DNA from: Octopus bimaculoides | Taxonomy: Eukaryota | Direction: 5' to 3' | DNA: 64,000 bases | NCBI RefSeq assembly: GCF_001194135.2 | Contig: NC_068986.1 | Coordinates: 110,912,860-110,976,859, forward strand | Part shown: in pieces, positions 51,271 through 64,000 of the stretch | Numbering within the stretch: position 1 is the first letter of the stretch | How the letters are laid out: each line of letters starts with the position of its first letter | Made by a program: the position numbers and the translations under genes | The notes under the pieces: generated by a model | Seen by the model: the letters and a program-made list of their open reading frames with translations, nothing else | The model's database searches: none | What the model was told of the DNA's origin: nothing

Positions 51271-51944
51271 AACATTAATATCTTCCAATATAACCAAAGT
51301 TAACACGAAACAAGAAATACGAAAATGGGAAAACAATTGTTGTAATATACAACAGTTTCTTTACTGAATAAGAAAGCGAAATACTCGACTGATTTGAAGT
51401 AGCTCCCATCACATTTCGTGTCTCGCAATACCATAGTATGAAATTGATTATTAGAAGAGAACAATGGAACGCAACAACAACTGGATGGGTTGGAGGACTG
51501 AGAAAGCTACACAAATGAAGCGATACAAAGCCATTCTTACATAGTTGCAAAATACACCTCCAGAACTAGGTCTTCAGACATTGAATATCCAAGGAGTTTC
51601 GTAGATCCATTAACGCAACGGTTTATACTTCATATTACACACATCTTCCTGAGACACCAATTGGTATAGTTGCATAAAAGAAAAATATGCCTCGATGACA
51701 TACAGCACTGCATTGATGAACAAAAGGATAGAAGTGAGACTGGATGAAGAGAAGACTGAGCGATTAAAAGATATTCCACATATACAGAGTATGTATAAAC
51801 ATGAACCACACACGCATATGCACATATACATATATAGATATATACATAGATATAGAAGTGCAGATATGAATATAGCATCTTCAAATCGATTTATATATGC
51901 GTATGTGTGTGTACATATATATATATGAATCTGTCAATCTATCT

Positions 51945-52106
51945 ATCATTTTGTGTCTGATGACGGAATATCCCATACTTTGGGATATCCCAGAAGCATC
52001 TCTAAGATTTTGAATTTCTTCCTATAATAAAATATTATCATATGAAGAAATTCAAATATAAAATATTAAGATGTTTGCCTTGCCTTAATGTTTGCTGTCC
52101 GGTTTA
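51945..52106 (+). mobile_element. Hammerhead-bearing dispersed repeat, copy 3
   Basis: CTGATGA (51957-63), helix II ggaatatccca/tgggatatcc, GAAG (51993-96); gatgtttgccttgcctt downstream. Confidence 0.7.
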
Positions 52107-52378
52107 ACCATTATCTATCTACATACATACACACACACACATAGATGTCGCAATTCAGTAGGTCCAAATGTGGAAGCCAGACACATTTATGTCTTCACGG
52201 TTGCATTTCTATCCATATAACTCTAGCAACTTCACTTCCCAGTGGATCAACATTCTCATTCGTCAAAACTTATGATCCTTCCCTAACAAATAAGAGGATT
52301 CAACTGTGCAAACTCGAATAAAATTTTTGTTACATAGTTAATAAATCAATACTAAAGTATTCTCATATAAGTGTATGG

Positions 52379-52450
<72 letters not shown>

Positions 52451-52492
52451 GCATATGTATCTATGCGTGTATGCATATCTATTATATATATA

Positions 52493-52534
<42 letters not shown>

Positions 52535-53134
52535 GTAAATGCTTCTCAGGAGTAAATTGTATGAAATAATCTCACATATATAGATATATACATGTCTATG
52601 TATACGCGCACGTATACGTATTTATATACTGACATGTATATTGATATCTACATATGTACAGACATATATCCATATACACATTCATAGAGACACAAACATA
52701 CATATGTATACGCATTTATAGGGAAACCCACATACATATCCCAAAAGAGTGATGCTTTTACGACTTACATCTATTTGAAACGATGTAATTTTTTCCCATC
52801 CCCAGCAGACGTCTGTTAAGAATTTCTAGTCACATGTTATTACAGATCAGTGCTAATACAATTGATCAATGACCTCTACTTACTCGATAGTCTAATGCTA
52901 TTGTTGTATTCAACCAGATTGTCTGCATATTGCAATTACATTTTGAAAAACAGTAATTTTATCTTTTGGCTAAATTTGGAGACAATTCTCGGTTTTTATG
53001 AGATATTTATATCCATAATAATATTATGTTTCTTTTGAGGACGGATAGGTGGTCGGTTCATCTTTTTATGTTATTTATAAGGGTTTCATTAATTCTCAGA
53101 AATATCAATATTTTAGCAATGCCAAAGTGTGTCG

Positions 53135-53275
53135 GTTACATCACGCGTCCTAGTGATTAGAGAGTTGCAATCATGAACTGGTTTCGATTCCCAGACTGGC
53201 CGGTCGGAGTTCTTCATTAACACATTTCATTAAATGTTACTCCAGTCCTGTCACTTGAAAATGAGTTGCACAAAA
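53135..53275 (+). mobile_element. tRNA-headed SINE (family C)
   Basis: tagtgattagagagttgcaatcatga...ggtttcgattcccagact...gttactccagtc...gaaaatgagttgc. Confidence 0.6.
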
Positions 53276-53397
53276 ATTTGGGATTTTAAACGTGTGACAG
53301 AACAGTGTCGCTTTCAAGGGGCCTCCATTGGATCTCTGTCAATTATCCGCCATTGAAACAGCATATGGGTACTTCAGTATGATAGTCCTAGAATATT

Positions 53398-53745
53398 GAT
53401 TTGGGGGAGGGTAAATCGATTAAAACGACCCTAATGTTCAACTGGTATATATTTTATCGTCTTCAGAAGGATGAAAGATAAAATCGGCTTCGGCAGCATT
53501 TGAACTCAGAATATATTACGGAACGAAATGCCGCTAAGCATTTTGACCAGCATGCTAATGTTTCTGTCTGTTCATCGCCTTATAAACAGTCCTTTCGGGG
53601 CAGAGGGAAACGGAATTAAATCGACTCTATTGCTAAGCTGTTACTTCTTTTATCTACTCCGAAAGGATAAAAACAAATTCGAGCTCGCAGATTTTGAAGT
53701 CAGAACGGAAAAGACGGAAGGTGCATCTCAGCATCCTTAATGCTG
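53398..53745 (-). mobile_element. Two tandem SINE family A copies (53398-53582 and ~53590-53745)
   Basis: gggggagggtaaatcgat...atttgaactcagaa...gaaatgccgctaagcattttg, followed by a second, more degenerate copy. Confidence 0.75.
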
Positions 53746-54196
53746 CGGTGATATCTGTCAGCTCACCATCTTAAACTGTCTTAAAACACCAAAATCAAAA
53801 TTAACGAATACATTTTCAATCATTTTTTTTATTTACTACGTTGTTATTGTCATTGCCTTTACAGTTCCCCCTCGGATTTCTCCTCTACTACAAACATTTT
53901 ATCCGTTATCATCCAGAACATGTTAAAATGCAGTAAATATATTTTCATTGATTTAAACATAAGGCAGCAAACAAATATATGGAATAGACACAATGGCAAG
54001 CGTCTCCACTTCTGAAAGGATATCACATCAATTTAGTAGGCAGGCACGTGACCGATCTCAGAATCTCAACTACGTGTGTCTCGCAGAAAGTCCATGCCTC
54101 CTTGGAGAAGTAGCTAAAAATGTTACGTTTGGTCATTCTCCTAAACGAGATTGATATTCCAACCGGTACTACGTTATGTGTGTGTGCGTATGTCAT

Positions 54197-55135
54197 TATT
54201 TAATTTCTTTTAATACTTTTTGCCAATAGAGAAAGAACTGGTTTCTAACCTAGACCCATAGCTCCTTCATTGGTATTTCAACATCAACAAGAATGTATTT
54301 TTGTATGTAAGTATGTGCAGATTTGTATGTTTTATGTATGTATTCTCATGCATATAATAGCATATCTAGTCATGCTCATATATATTTAAATGATAAATTT
54401 CAGGTACGTTTTACAGATTTTCACAGTTCCAGTGACGGATTGGATCTGTAGTCTCCGGATTAGTTTTCTCCTTTCTGGTTTTGAGAAGTTTAATTTTTCA
54501 GGACTGGTATTTTGGCAGTATGTTACATATCTCAGTGCCCCAATAATTATAAGTATAAACCTGAACTTGTAATATAAATAGAGTAACAGTAGATTTTGCA
54601 ATAGTTCAGCATAGGTGTTCTCTTTTTCACTGATCTTTAGCTTTTTGTTAACATCCGCTGGGCATCTAATTTCCACAACTGAATACAGTTTCTCTTCTCT
54701 ATCCGAAATCATTACATCAAGTTTGTTGTGTTTAGAGTTTATTGAGGCCTTCAGTGGTATATATTCTACCAGTGTTCCTTTATATTATTAGTGGCTGAGG
54801 TTTTTACCATATTGTGGGCTTTATTTCTTTTCCTCGGGATTATTCTTCCGACGGATTTCCTTCTAGAGCTTCCTACCTACAACGTCATGTCTTATCGGTG
54901 TCGGACAACTGCTTATGATGTTAGTGATATCTTCAGTGCGAAGTTATGGCCTTTCCTTCATGTCTATCCCTTTTGTGCATCAGGTATTTGGTTGATATTT
55001 CCTGTATCGGGATTGCAAACGCATACCCTTCAAAGTGGGAGGTAGTAATCCGGCTAATCGTCCATGATAGTAACATTGATCATCAAAGCAGTCTATCATT
55101 ACGGAGCTTTCTACTGCATAGTCGTCTGCTCATAC
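54197..55135 (-). mobile_element. 3' part of an RLE LINE (CCHC, RHD, REL endonuclease and 3' UTR)
   Basis: EDITNIISSCP, IRHDVVG and SDREEKLYSVVEIRCPADVN..ISEKENTYAEL...IIIGAL...QSVTGTVKICKTYLKF*. Confidence 0.85.
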
Positions 55136-55859
55136 AGGCTCGTCTTTTCATGTAATGATTCGTTGCGGTAGAGTCTTGCGACTTCTTTGCGTATGTATTC
55201 TAGGTTATCGAACAAAGAGTAGGAGGAATACATTCAGTTATTCAGGCCTTTAATATTCAGATGCAGATATTAGCATAAGAGAGTATGGTCTTCTCCTCCA
55301 CGATCCATGAATTTCGCTTCAATAACATTTAGTACTCTTTCTCTTTTATTCTGTGTGTATGTGTGTGTGTGTATGTGTGTGTGCATATTTATCTTTATGT
55401 AAGTATGGTTTGAGGAAGTTCTCATGTCAATTAGTAAATTGTAATGTCTCATTCATCCTTAATCCCTCTCGCATGCACTTTATCCTCTATTCACATGTGT
55501 ATATTTATCAGAACACATACATATATGCATGTGTGTGTGCATGAGTGCATCTATTTCTCCAATTCAACAAAACACCCCTGTCAAAACAGTTCTCTGCCTA
55601 GTTCGCTGTGTCAACTCACTAGCGCCGAAACAGCCACCCCCAATTTTTCTTATTTCTATGTTCGCAATGTTACAATAAATAATGAACGGCTGCATTCGTA
55701 TCATACTGAACGTTGCACTAAACTATATTCCATTTCATTTTCCTTCAATTTCTTGCTGTGTAAGTGATAAGCATGAATGTGAAATCTATTAAAACAGGAA
55801 AGATCTCTTCCAATATAACCTGTTCCGATTTTGGTAATAGATATCTCTTTCTCCTCAAG

Positions 55860-55905
<46 letters not shown>

Positions 55906-56759
55906 TTCTCTGAATACATGCATATTTATATACATACAAACCAACAAAGATACACACATGTAGAAATGAAAATATTATTTTGGGCTGGATCCTTGATCAA
56001 TGTAAATTTTGTGGATTTATAATATTTATATGAATAATGTTTGCTAAAACATTTACTAAAGTTCAGTAAAATTTATGTCCGGGTAAAAAACATTTTTGCA
56101 NNNNNNNNNNNNNNNNNNNNNNNNNNNNNNNNNNNNNNNNNNNNNNNNNNNNTATATATGTAGTATATATGCCTCGATTTGTTTTGATGATTCATTTTGT
56201 TTGCACCAAGTTATAGCTGTTTCTCTTTCCTCTCTTACTTTCCATACATACATACATGCATACACACAAACGCACGCACACACGCACACATATAAGCTCA
56301 ATATTTTGTTTATTCTATGGAAACTGTAGGTATTGGATGCTGAATATTGTTTATCTTGTTTGTAAATCCTACAACACTAGCTTTCAAACTCCCGGGCACG
56401 CGCACAAACAGACACATACGCACACATCTCTAAACAGCCACACGTATATATTCATGCGTACGTACCCACGTATAACATATCTTGAATATGTTTTAATGTC
56501 TTGCAAAATATATATGAAAATATTTTTCTAGAACAGATTTAGATTAAATCTTTTTCCCCCTCCTTAAAAAAAATGTCTGGTATATCTAAGAAATATTTTA
56601 AACACATTTGTTTAGTTTTTTTTTCATGTGTTCGTGATTTCTGAGCAGTTGTCAAATGTGTAGCGAATGTATATTAACAACCATTCCTGTTGAAATTATG
56701 ATGCAGTTTCTTTATGTGATAGACAGAGGCATGCGATTAAGAAGGTAGCTTATTGATAA

Positions 56760-56870
56760 TTTGTTTCAGTGTTCAGTCCTACTGCGTGGCATCGTGTTTT
56801 CTAACTTAGCTTTGGGTAGCCCTAGACTGTGACGAAAACGTTATGGATTGAAACTGAAACCTGTCAAGAT
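56760..56870 (+). mobile_element. SINE family B head relic
   Basis: gttcagtcctactgcgtggca...tggattgaaactgaaa. Confidence 0.45.
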
Positions 56871-57199
56871 TAAAATACCTTCTCGCGCATGATTTAGTTA
56901 CTGCCCCGACTTCTGTCTTGGACTCTGATAGTATTTCTTTAGCACTATTATTATAGTCTACTCACCTCTAATGCGTCTATTGGAGGAGGTGGCCTGGCAC
57001 TCTTATGAAATTTCTACCGCCAACTGCAGAGATGACAAATGTCATTTGGTAAACTTAAGTCTTTGCAATTTGAGTTCAAATTAAGCCGAGGCCAAATATT
57101 TTTCCCATTATTTTGCTGTCAAAAACGCATTATTCCTGAACACGATTCGATTTCCCAAAAGGGAAGCAGGCCTAATCTGTAGAATGTCGGAATTAATGC

Positions 57200-57560
57200 A
57201 TTGCAGTATTTCTGTCGGCTTTTCATGTCCTGGTTCCGAAATGAGCCGAGATCATCTACGCCCGTGGTCCCTCCGACATAAAGAAACTAAGCATCATTAA
57301 AGTATAGGTATTGATGATATCGACTTAACCCCCTCCCCTCAAAATTGCTAATCTTCTACCTTATTGCTTCAGACAACATTGCAAGGAAGGAATGACTGGT
57401 ATGAGGTAACTTAAGGCGGTGAACTGGCAGAATAGATCGCATATCGAATAAAATGCTAAGCAGCATTTCTTTCGCCTCTCTCCTGTCTGAGTTCAAAATC
57501 TTATTAGGATCCAGAAAATGAAGGACCAACCAAGTACTGTGGTAAATGCAATCGAATTGC
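57200..57560 (+). mobile_element. Two SINE family A copies (~57200-57355 and 57413-57560)
   Basis: atcgacttaaccccctcccctcaaaattgct; aaggcggtgaactggcagaat...aaaatgctaagcagcatttc...ctgagttcaaa. Confidence 0.7.
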
Positions 57561-58429
57561 AGCACCCACCACCACCACCACCGTCCTATTTTCAGCATTT
57601 CTAATATTGATATCCGAAATGGATAGGGGTCCCGTTCAGAGAAAATGATGTAATCTCGGTTAGTTGCTCGACATAGAAATAGTATAACCGCCATTTTGAG
57701 GCCTTGGGTTCGAGTAGAAATGGTAGAAGCAAAAACGTTGAAGTGCGTCACTAGTGTATGTGCTGAAGAAAAGTTTCCATGTAATTTTGAGCAGAATTGC
57801 AACATTCATTGCCGATTTACCAATAAGACATCCTTCATTATTCATAGCAACCGATCGGAACAGACGCTTATATGGTTTTGAAGAGCTTTACTATTAGTTT
57901 CCACATATGTTTTCCACAAGATTCGATCTTCAGTAGTTAAAAGACTCCTCCTAACACATTTTCGCCCATTCTACCGATCATTCAATCAGTTGCCATAACA
58001 GATACAGATATTATAATTTGACGTAACTACATGAAACTCTTGTGTTTTAATTTATAATTTTGATAATTTGTCTGAGATAACGTAAACCATCGTTAGTTCA
58101 ATGCGTTCAAACAGATGGAGATCTATTATTTTTTTTTCCTCGGAATTGGCTTATACAGTTTATTCAAAAATCTCATTAGCTGAACACCGTACGTCATTTC
58201 ATTCGTATATACCTCAGGCATCGAATCCTAGATTAAAAAAAAATATGCTGAAAGGAACTAACAATGTTTCCTATTATTTGTCAAATATATTTGGTGGAGT
58301 AAATATTGTTTGCATATATATATAACAAATATAATAGCCTTTGAATACACATCATTACATAAGACGCATTATGCATGCAAATATGTGTACGGAGACATAC
58401 AGATATATACGATTTATATATAGGCATAC

Positions 58430-58460
58430 GTGTGATTGTGTATGTATCTATATATGTATA

Positions 58461-58525
<65 letters not shown>

Positions 58526-58744
58526 ACTTATGTATCTATATATGTATACTTATATATATATATATATATATAAGTATACTTATATATATATATATATATA
58601 TAGATATAAGTATATACATGTATATATATATATAAAATTATATGTATGTATATACATATATACATATACACAATGTATATACATATACTTTTATATATAT
58701 ATATACATCCACATATATACATATATATTCTCTCTCTCTCTCTC

Positions 58745-58793
<49 letters not shown>

Positions 58794-58795
58794 CT
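58430..58795. repeat. Long compound (TA)n/(TACA) microsatellite
   Basis: Directly visible; source of the spurious YI-repeat ORFs. Confidence 0.95.
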
Positions 58796-60792
58796 ATTCA
58801 ATATACTTTGCTTTGTTTTGTTTTTAAGTATATCTGCTTTTTTTTTGTTTTTTTTTTTACATCTTAAATCAAAATGCTCTTCCCTTCAAGGTATTTCAGA
58901 ATTTGAGAAAATTCGCCCAACCTCTTCCTCTTACGTGATTATATCGTTATTTAGAGGTACGAAAGTTTAAATAATACACAGATGATGAAGTACACTTAAA
59001 GTTAGTATATAACAGTTGTAGAAAGTTCTATTCATATCAAATAGAATTATATAACGCTTGAAGTGAATAAATGTAACCGTAAATATGAGAATATACTGTG
59101 ATATAAAAGGCAACTGATCGGATCGGTGTTGGGTTTGACGGGAGACTATTAGAATTTTTACTAATTATGAAAAGCGGGTGAGTAAAACTAATGACGAATT
59201 CTTTCATTCTCTCATGCTTTTATTCGTTTCAATCTTTAGAATGTGGCCAGGCAGGGACAGTGGCTTCAGCCTGGATTCTTGGGAATTAATCCTATAGTGT
59301 TCCTCAAGAATCAAATTTACCAGTATTTAAAACAATTCTAGTGTGTGAAATATAAATACTGCTAATGAAGATATGGTAGAATTTGTGGTTTAGTTAATTA
59401 AAAGTAACAGAAAGCTTTACAGTACAATACTAATTTCTATTATGGTTTCTTCTAATAATGTAATTGTATTTCTTTTTGGAATTTATATTATGGAAATGTA
59501 ATCTTCATTAAATTATTACATACCGTGTAATAAATTGGGCTTTAATAAACTTATATAACAAATATTTATCCCCATAAGTAGACGTTCACTTAGATTTTAA
59601 AGTACATGATATAAATGATTCTTTCCCTTCTAACCACACATCACCCCTAAACATTCCAGCCCCACCTTCCTATCATTCGTATCCCACCGAAGTCCATCCC
59701 TTACACCCACACCTACATAACCCACTTCGTCTTTCAGTCAACTGAATTAATTGTGATGTCCACGTTGCAATTTATTTGTGTTATAAGAGATGAGACATCT
59801 AAATAATTGAAGTAATAGAGAAATACAATAAAACTGAGAAACAACATTCCAGGAAAAGCATGCAGTAAAGAACCTAAACGTAGTGATTTTCACAGAAATA
59901 GATTTTTCTTTTTTAAATATACTCTCCAATAAACTGATATGAGTACATTTGTTAATATCGGTATATATTTTTTCAAATACGATTTATTATATTTCTGTCA
60001 TCTTAACACTAATATTATTTCATGATCACTATTTTTTTAATACGGTAGTTCCAATTATTTATTTTTATTAATTTTATTTTCAAATTAGCTTATTTGTCTC
60101 CTAATATACTTCATTTATCTCACCTACTAAATATACGCAAATATGTGATTTGTAACATGGTGTAATCTCCGATCTCTTAATGAAAGCTAATTATGCATTG
60201 ATCATATAACATCTTGTATTTTCTTTTGAAATATAAGAGCTATTATAAGATAAGTATATTGTGTTGCGTAAGTTGATCAAAGCATGTAATTTCATTTAAA
60301 TTATAATATGTAGTAAATATAATTAATTACGTCATCTATGCTGTTTATCACATTTTTAGCATTCTTATCGGACGTATTCAAACATATTTAAATCTGGTTA
60401 ATAAAAAAGACATACCAACGCCAAATACATTCTACATGCATAAATCTCCTTTTATTTCTCTGTTAGAAGTAATTATCTAAATCTTATGATATAACAGCTC
60501 TCTTTCTACAATTTCTTTCAAAAGGTAAGCCTGTTCTTTATATTTCCATTCTCTCGTGGTTAATCTTGCAGATTTTCAGCAAATATTACCGTTAAATATA
60601 TTACTCATCTAGTTAAGTCCATGCTAACTTGTTCATACCAGAAATAAACTATTGGCATACACATTACAACCACAAAATATCAAAATGTAAACAACAAGAT
60701 TATCATTTGCGAGACTACATGCGTATGAGTGTGCGCGCACACACACACATATACATATATATTAGAAGGTTGGAGATGATGTACAAGAATTA

Positions 60793-61049
60793 TATATTAG
60801 AAAAAATAGTAAGGTACTCAGATATCTGGATGGTTATACATTTAAGACTTTTATTAATATGTGACATGTTTTTATAATTCATATATTAGTGTTGCATCTA
60901 TTCTAGTAGACTCTCCAAATCTGGAGAGTCTACTAGAATAGATGCAAGTGCTATTATATGATTAAAAAAAAACATGTCACATATTAATAAAAATCTGTAA
61001 ACGTACAAGCATCCAAATATCTGAGTACATTATTATTTTTTCTAATATA
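60793..61049. repeat. ~257-bp foldback (long inverted repeat with 4-nt loop)
   Basis: Perfect 26-bp arms at 60892-60917 and 60922-60947. The outer arms also align (ttttattaatatgtgacatgttttt; gtactcagatat.tggatg; tatattagaaaaaata). Confidence 0.92.
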
Positions 61050-61294
61050 CATATATACATACAGACAATTGCAGCGTGGAAGGTGTTTATAAGCCATTTA
61101 AGAAACGCACGAAAACCGTTAGATTCACTTCAACATCTAAATGAAATTTGCCAAAATATTTTCACCACTTTCACACCGCGACCTGTTCACTAACAAAATT
61201 CCGTCCACGCTGCAATTGTTTTCGTACCAGCACACGATCTCACATCAGGTCGCTTGCTATGCAAGTACATCTCTCTGTCTCTCATATATATATA

Positions 61295-61329
<35 letters not shown>

Positions 61330-61331
<2 letters not shown>

Positions 61332-61556
61332 CTTATTTTATCAGTGTATTTTGCCAAATCACTGAGTTTCAGGGACGTAAATACACCGACATCGGTTGGC
61401 AAGCGATGGTGCGAGAACAAACACAAAGATACACACACACACATATGTGTATGTGTGTGTGCGTAATAACAATATAATTATATATGCATATATCCACACA
61501 TATATGTACATACCGACATTTATATGTATACATACATGCATATGTGTACAAGACAT

Positions 61557-61595
<39 letters not shown>

Positions 61596-61705
61596 GTGTG
61601 TGTATGTATATATATATAAATATATACGACAAACATCTTTCAGTGCCCGTCTATCAAATCCACTCACAAGGCTTTGGTTGACTAGAGGCAATACTGGAAG
61701 GCACA
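61330..61705 (-). mobile_element. SINE family B copy with expanded internal microsatellite
   Basis: gggacgtaaatacaccgacatcggttggcaagcgatggtg ... (CA/TA)n ... gtctatcaaatccactcacaaggctttggt. Confidence 0.85.
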
Positions 61706-61713
61706 TGATGTTC

Positions 61714-61744
<31 letters not shown>

Positions 61745-62371
61745 GCTGGCGCTCTAAGAACGAAAATAAAATAGTGTTTTAAAGGAAATGGTATAGAATA
61801 AATGTGTCGGACAAAGCCTTTTGTCTAAGAACCCGAATAAATTTAGGAAAGCGGAGAGAAAAATAATGAAGATGAGATAAGAGAAGAGATCGATCTTAGC
61901 GATCTCTTACTATTTTGGTCTTTTTCTCTCTATATATAAATATAAATGTGTATATGAATATATAAGTATGCGTGTATGTGCGTGGGTATCTGTGTGTATG
62001 TGATTAATGTATTCCGTAGCGTATGATGCACGTTGTTAAACTGAAGAGATAAAAAGATGAAAATATAAATCGTAAGTCATAAAATGTGGAATGCTTGAAA
62101 TTATTTTAGCTACTATTTTAACAATTATGCAATAAAGTATGTATATCATTATTAGAAAAAAAATTCATGAGAATTTAGAAACAAATTCCAGTAATGGAAG
62201 GAAGTTCATCAAACAAGCAAAATACATGAATCATATGTGAAAATATTTGAAGTCGGTAACAGATTTGAACTGCTGGAAGCTTTCGCTTGTATCGAAATCT
62301 GTCCCATTGAGAAGTAATAGTTTTGCTTAATGTTATTCGTGCCATATTTCATCATATCTTTTATAAGAATA

Positions 62372-62755
62372 CAGTATAATCTCGCAGTACGAGTGACCCA
62401 TTATACGAGTAATTTGCTGTACCAGCCAAGACTCGTGCGAAATTTTGTCTTGAATTACGAGCGGAAATAAGCAGTACGAGCACACAAATCGTCCAATCTT
62501 CAAGGTCATTCACTTAATAGAACCAGTTTACGTATTTCTTTTGCATCTTCTTTTTAATATATATACAGTTGTGATTTTACTTGTAACTACAACGTTTCTG
62601 TTATAAACCCATATTTTTGAGTGATTTTGTGGGGCTGGAAAGGATTAATTATATTTTAATTAATTTCAATGGGAAACATTGAATTGTAAAACGGGTAAAT
62701 CGTAAGCCGAGCTCGGTCATGGAATGAATTAAACTCGTACTGAGAGTTATCACTG
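62372..62755. mobile_element. Complete Tigger/pogo-type MITE (~384 bp) with TA target duplication
   Basis: TA-cagtataatctcgcagtacgagt ... actcgtactgagagttatcactg-TA. No ORF. Confidence 0.85.
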
Positions 62756-63239
62756 TACTTTTATTTGAAGGCTTACGATAAGTTTTCCCCCCCAATCAGC
62801 TATACAGTACATTGTATCCTTTCCTCAGACAAGCTGTGGGGAATTCTTTCTCATACACTACAATTCGAAAACTGAAATTTGAAATCCCTTAAGGCAGAAA
62901 ATGCGTGAAGTCTATATTCATAAATTTGTGCAAATCTTGCATCTACGAAATCGACGATATTTATCTGGAGTGACACCGAAAACAACGAATTTCTTCCACG
63001 TTCCTTATTTGTGTTATTTAAAAAAAAAATCTTAATTGTTAGTCCAAAATCTAAGTATGTGAAATTTCTAGCGCATATTCTGAATAATTGTCAGGGAAAA
63101 TATGCAAACGCATATATAATGTATTTTGGTGTACCGTGAAAATCAGCCTTACTTGTTCCCTCATGAACAATTTGAAGCTGATACGGGATTCGCAGCGTTT
63201 GTATTGTCAGCAAAAATGTTCTTCAAAGTTTGTGCATAT

Positions 63240-63430
63240 TAGAACCGCTGTCCAACGCCGCTTCCATTCATCGACGTATCTAAGCCTACATCCTCGCACT
63301 CACAATATTTGGGACGGTCCTGGGTGTACAGACAGCTCATCTATTAGGTCCAGTCGGAAGGAAAACTTATTGGACTTTCCAGTTAGATTCTCGGACGTGA
63401 CCAACTAAGACCATGGATATTATCCAACCA
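63240..63430 (+). mobile_element. Possible Tc1/maT (DD37D-like) transposase scrap
   Basis: WDGPGCT and KENLLDF.PVRFSDVTN*DH loosely resemble QDGAPxHT and WPxxSPDLNPLDY. Confidence 0.3.
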
Positions 63431-64000
63431 ACTTGTACTTGATCTAATCTTAGGCATACTGTCGGGATATTTATTGTAAATTTGAATGAAAATATATGGT
63501 ATTTACAATACATTTTTACAAGTTACTAAATCTAAAATACATTCGCCTTTTTGCGTCCTGCAAATATAGTAATCTTTCTGAGCATTTCAAATAATATGCC
63601 CACTATATCAGAGCTTGTCTCCATTAAAAATTACATATGTGCAGATCTCAAATAACTGTTCAATTCAAAACCTATGATAGACATCGCCAAATTAAGGAAA
63701 AACATGTCGAATAATGCGCAGACTAGTATATAAGTCCTATTCTGAATACCAAAACATGTAACATACGGAAGATTGTATTGTTCAAATGGCTTCGCTGACA
63801 CTTCTATTTTACCATGACTTCTTCGACATGAAAAGCTTCAAAATAATACTAGAAATACGACTCTTGTCTCCCTTTAATACACCATCAAATACATCAAACT
63901 AAAATGCAAGGCCTTATTCATGAAGCATTTGATCGACTGCTTCTGAAAGAGAGATGTGTTCCTCGTGACCAGAATGCAGATTATCACAGGTCTCCTTCGC

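Noticed and set aside
57650-57960. Possible Tc1/mariner N-terminal relic
   Set aside because: No convincing motif or TIR could be identified by eye.
1-64000. CRISPR arrays, rRNA, intact tRNA genes, operons
   Set aside because: None seen; the sequence is repeat-rich eukaryotic DNA with no regularly spaced repeats.

Overview
AT-rich eukaryotic DNA, dense in (TA)n/(CA)n/(TG)n microsatellites, with six N gaps. The SINE motifs resemble families I recall from Octopus genomes; that assignment is inference and was not searched. I find no intact protein-coding gene, and most of the ORF track is microsatellite, N or antisense artefact. The window is largely decayed transposons: several mariner relics, Tigger/pogo MITEs, a Penelope-like element (RT thumb plus GIY-YIG), R4/Dong-type RLE LINEs, RTE fragments and many tRNA-derived SINEs. 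Five items stand out. (1) A heavily decayed, intron-containing tyrosine-kinase domain at ~49.4-50.7 kb, with subdomains II-XI colinear. (2) A three-copy dispersed repeat carrying a minimal hammerhead-ribozyme core with a palindromic helix III, plus a hammerhead-like motif at the end of the Penelope element. (3) An ORF1/zinc-knuckle-only retroelement between ~260-bp direct repeats that both end in the same 12-mer. (4) A ~257-bp foldback hairpin with a perfect 26-bp core. (5) A mariner built from two 5' ends facing each other. All alignments were made by eye, so boundaries are approximate.
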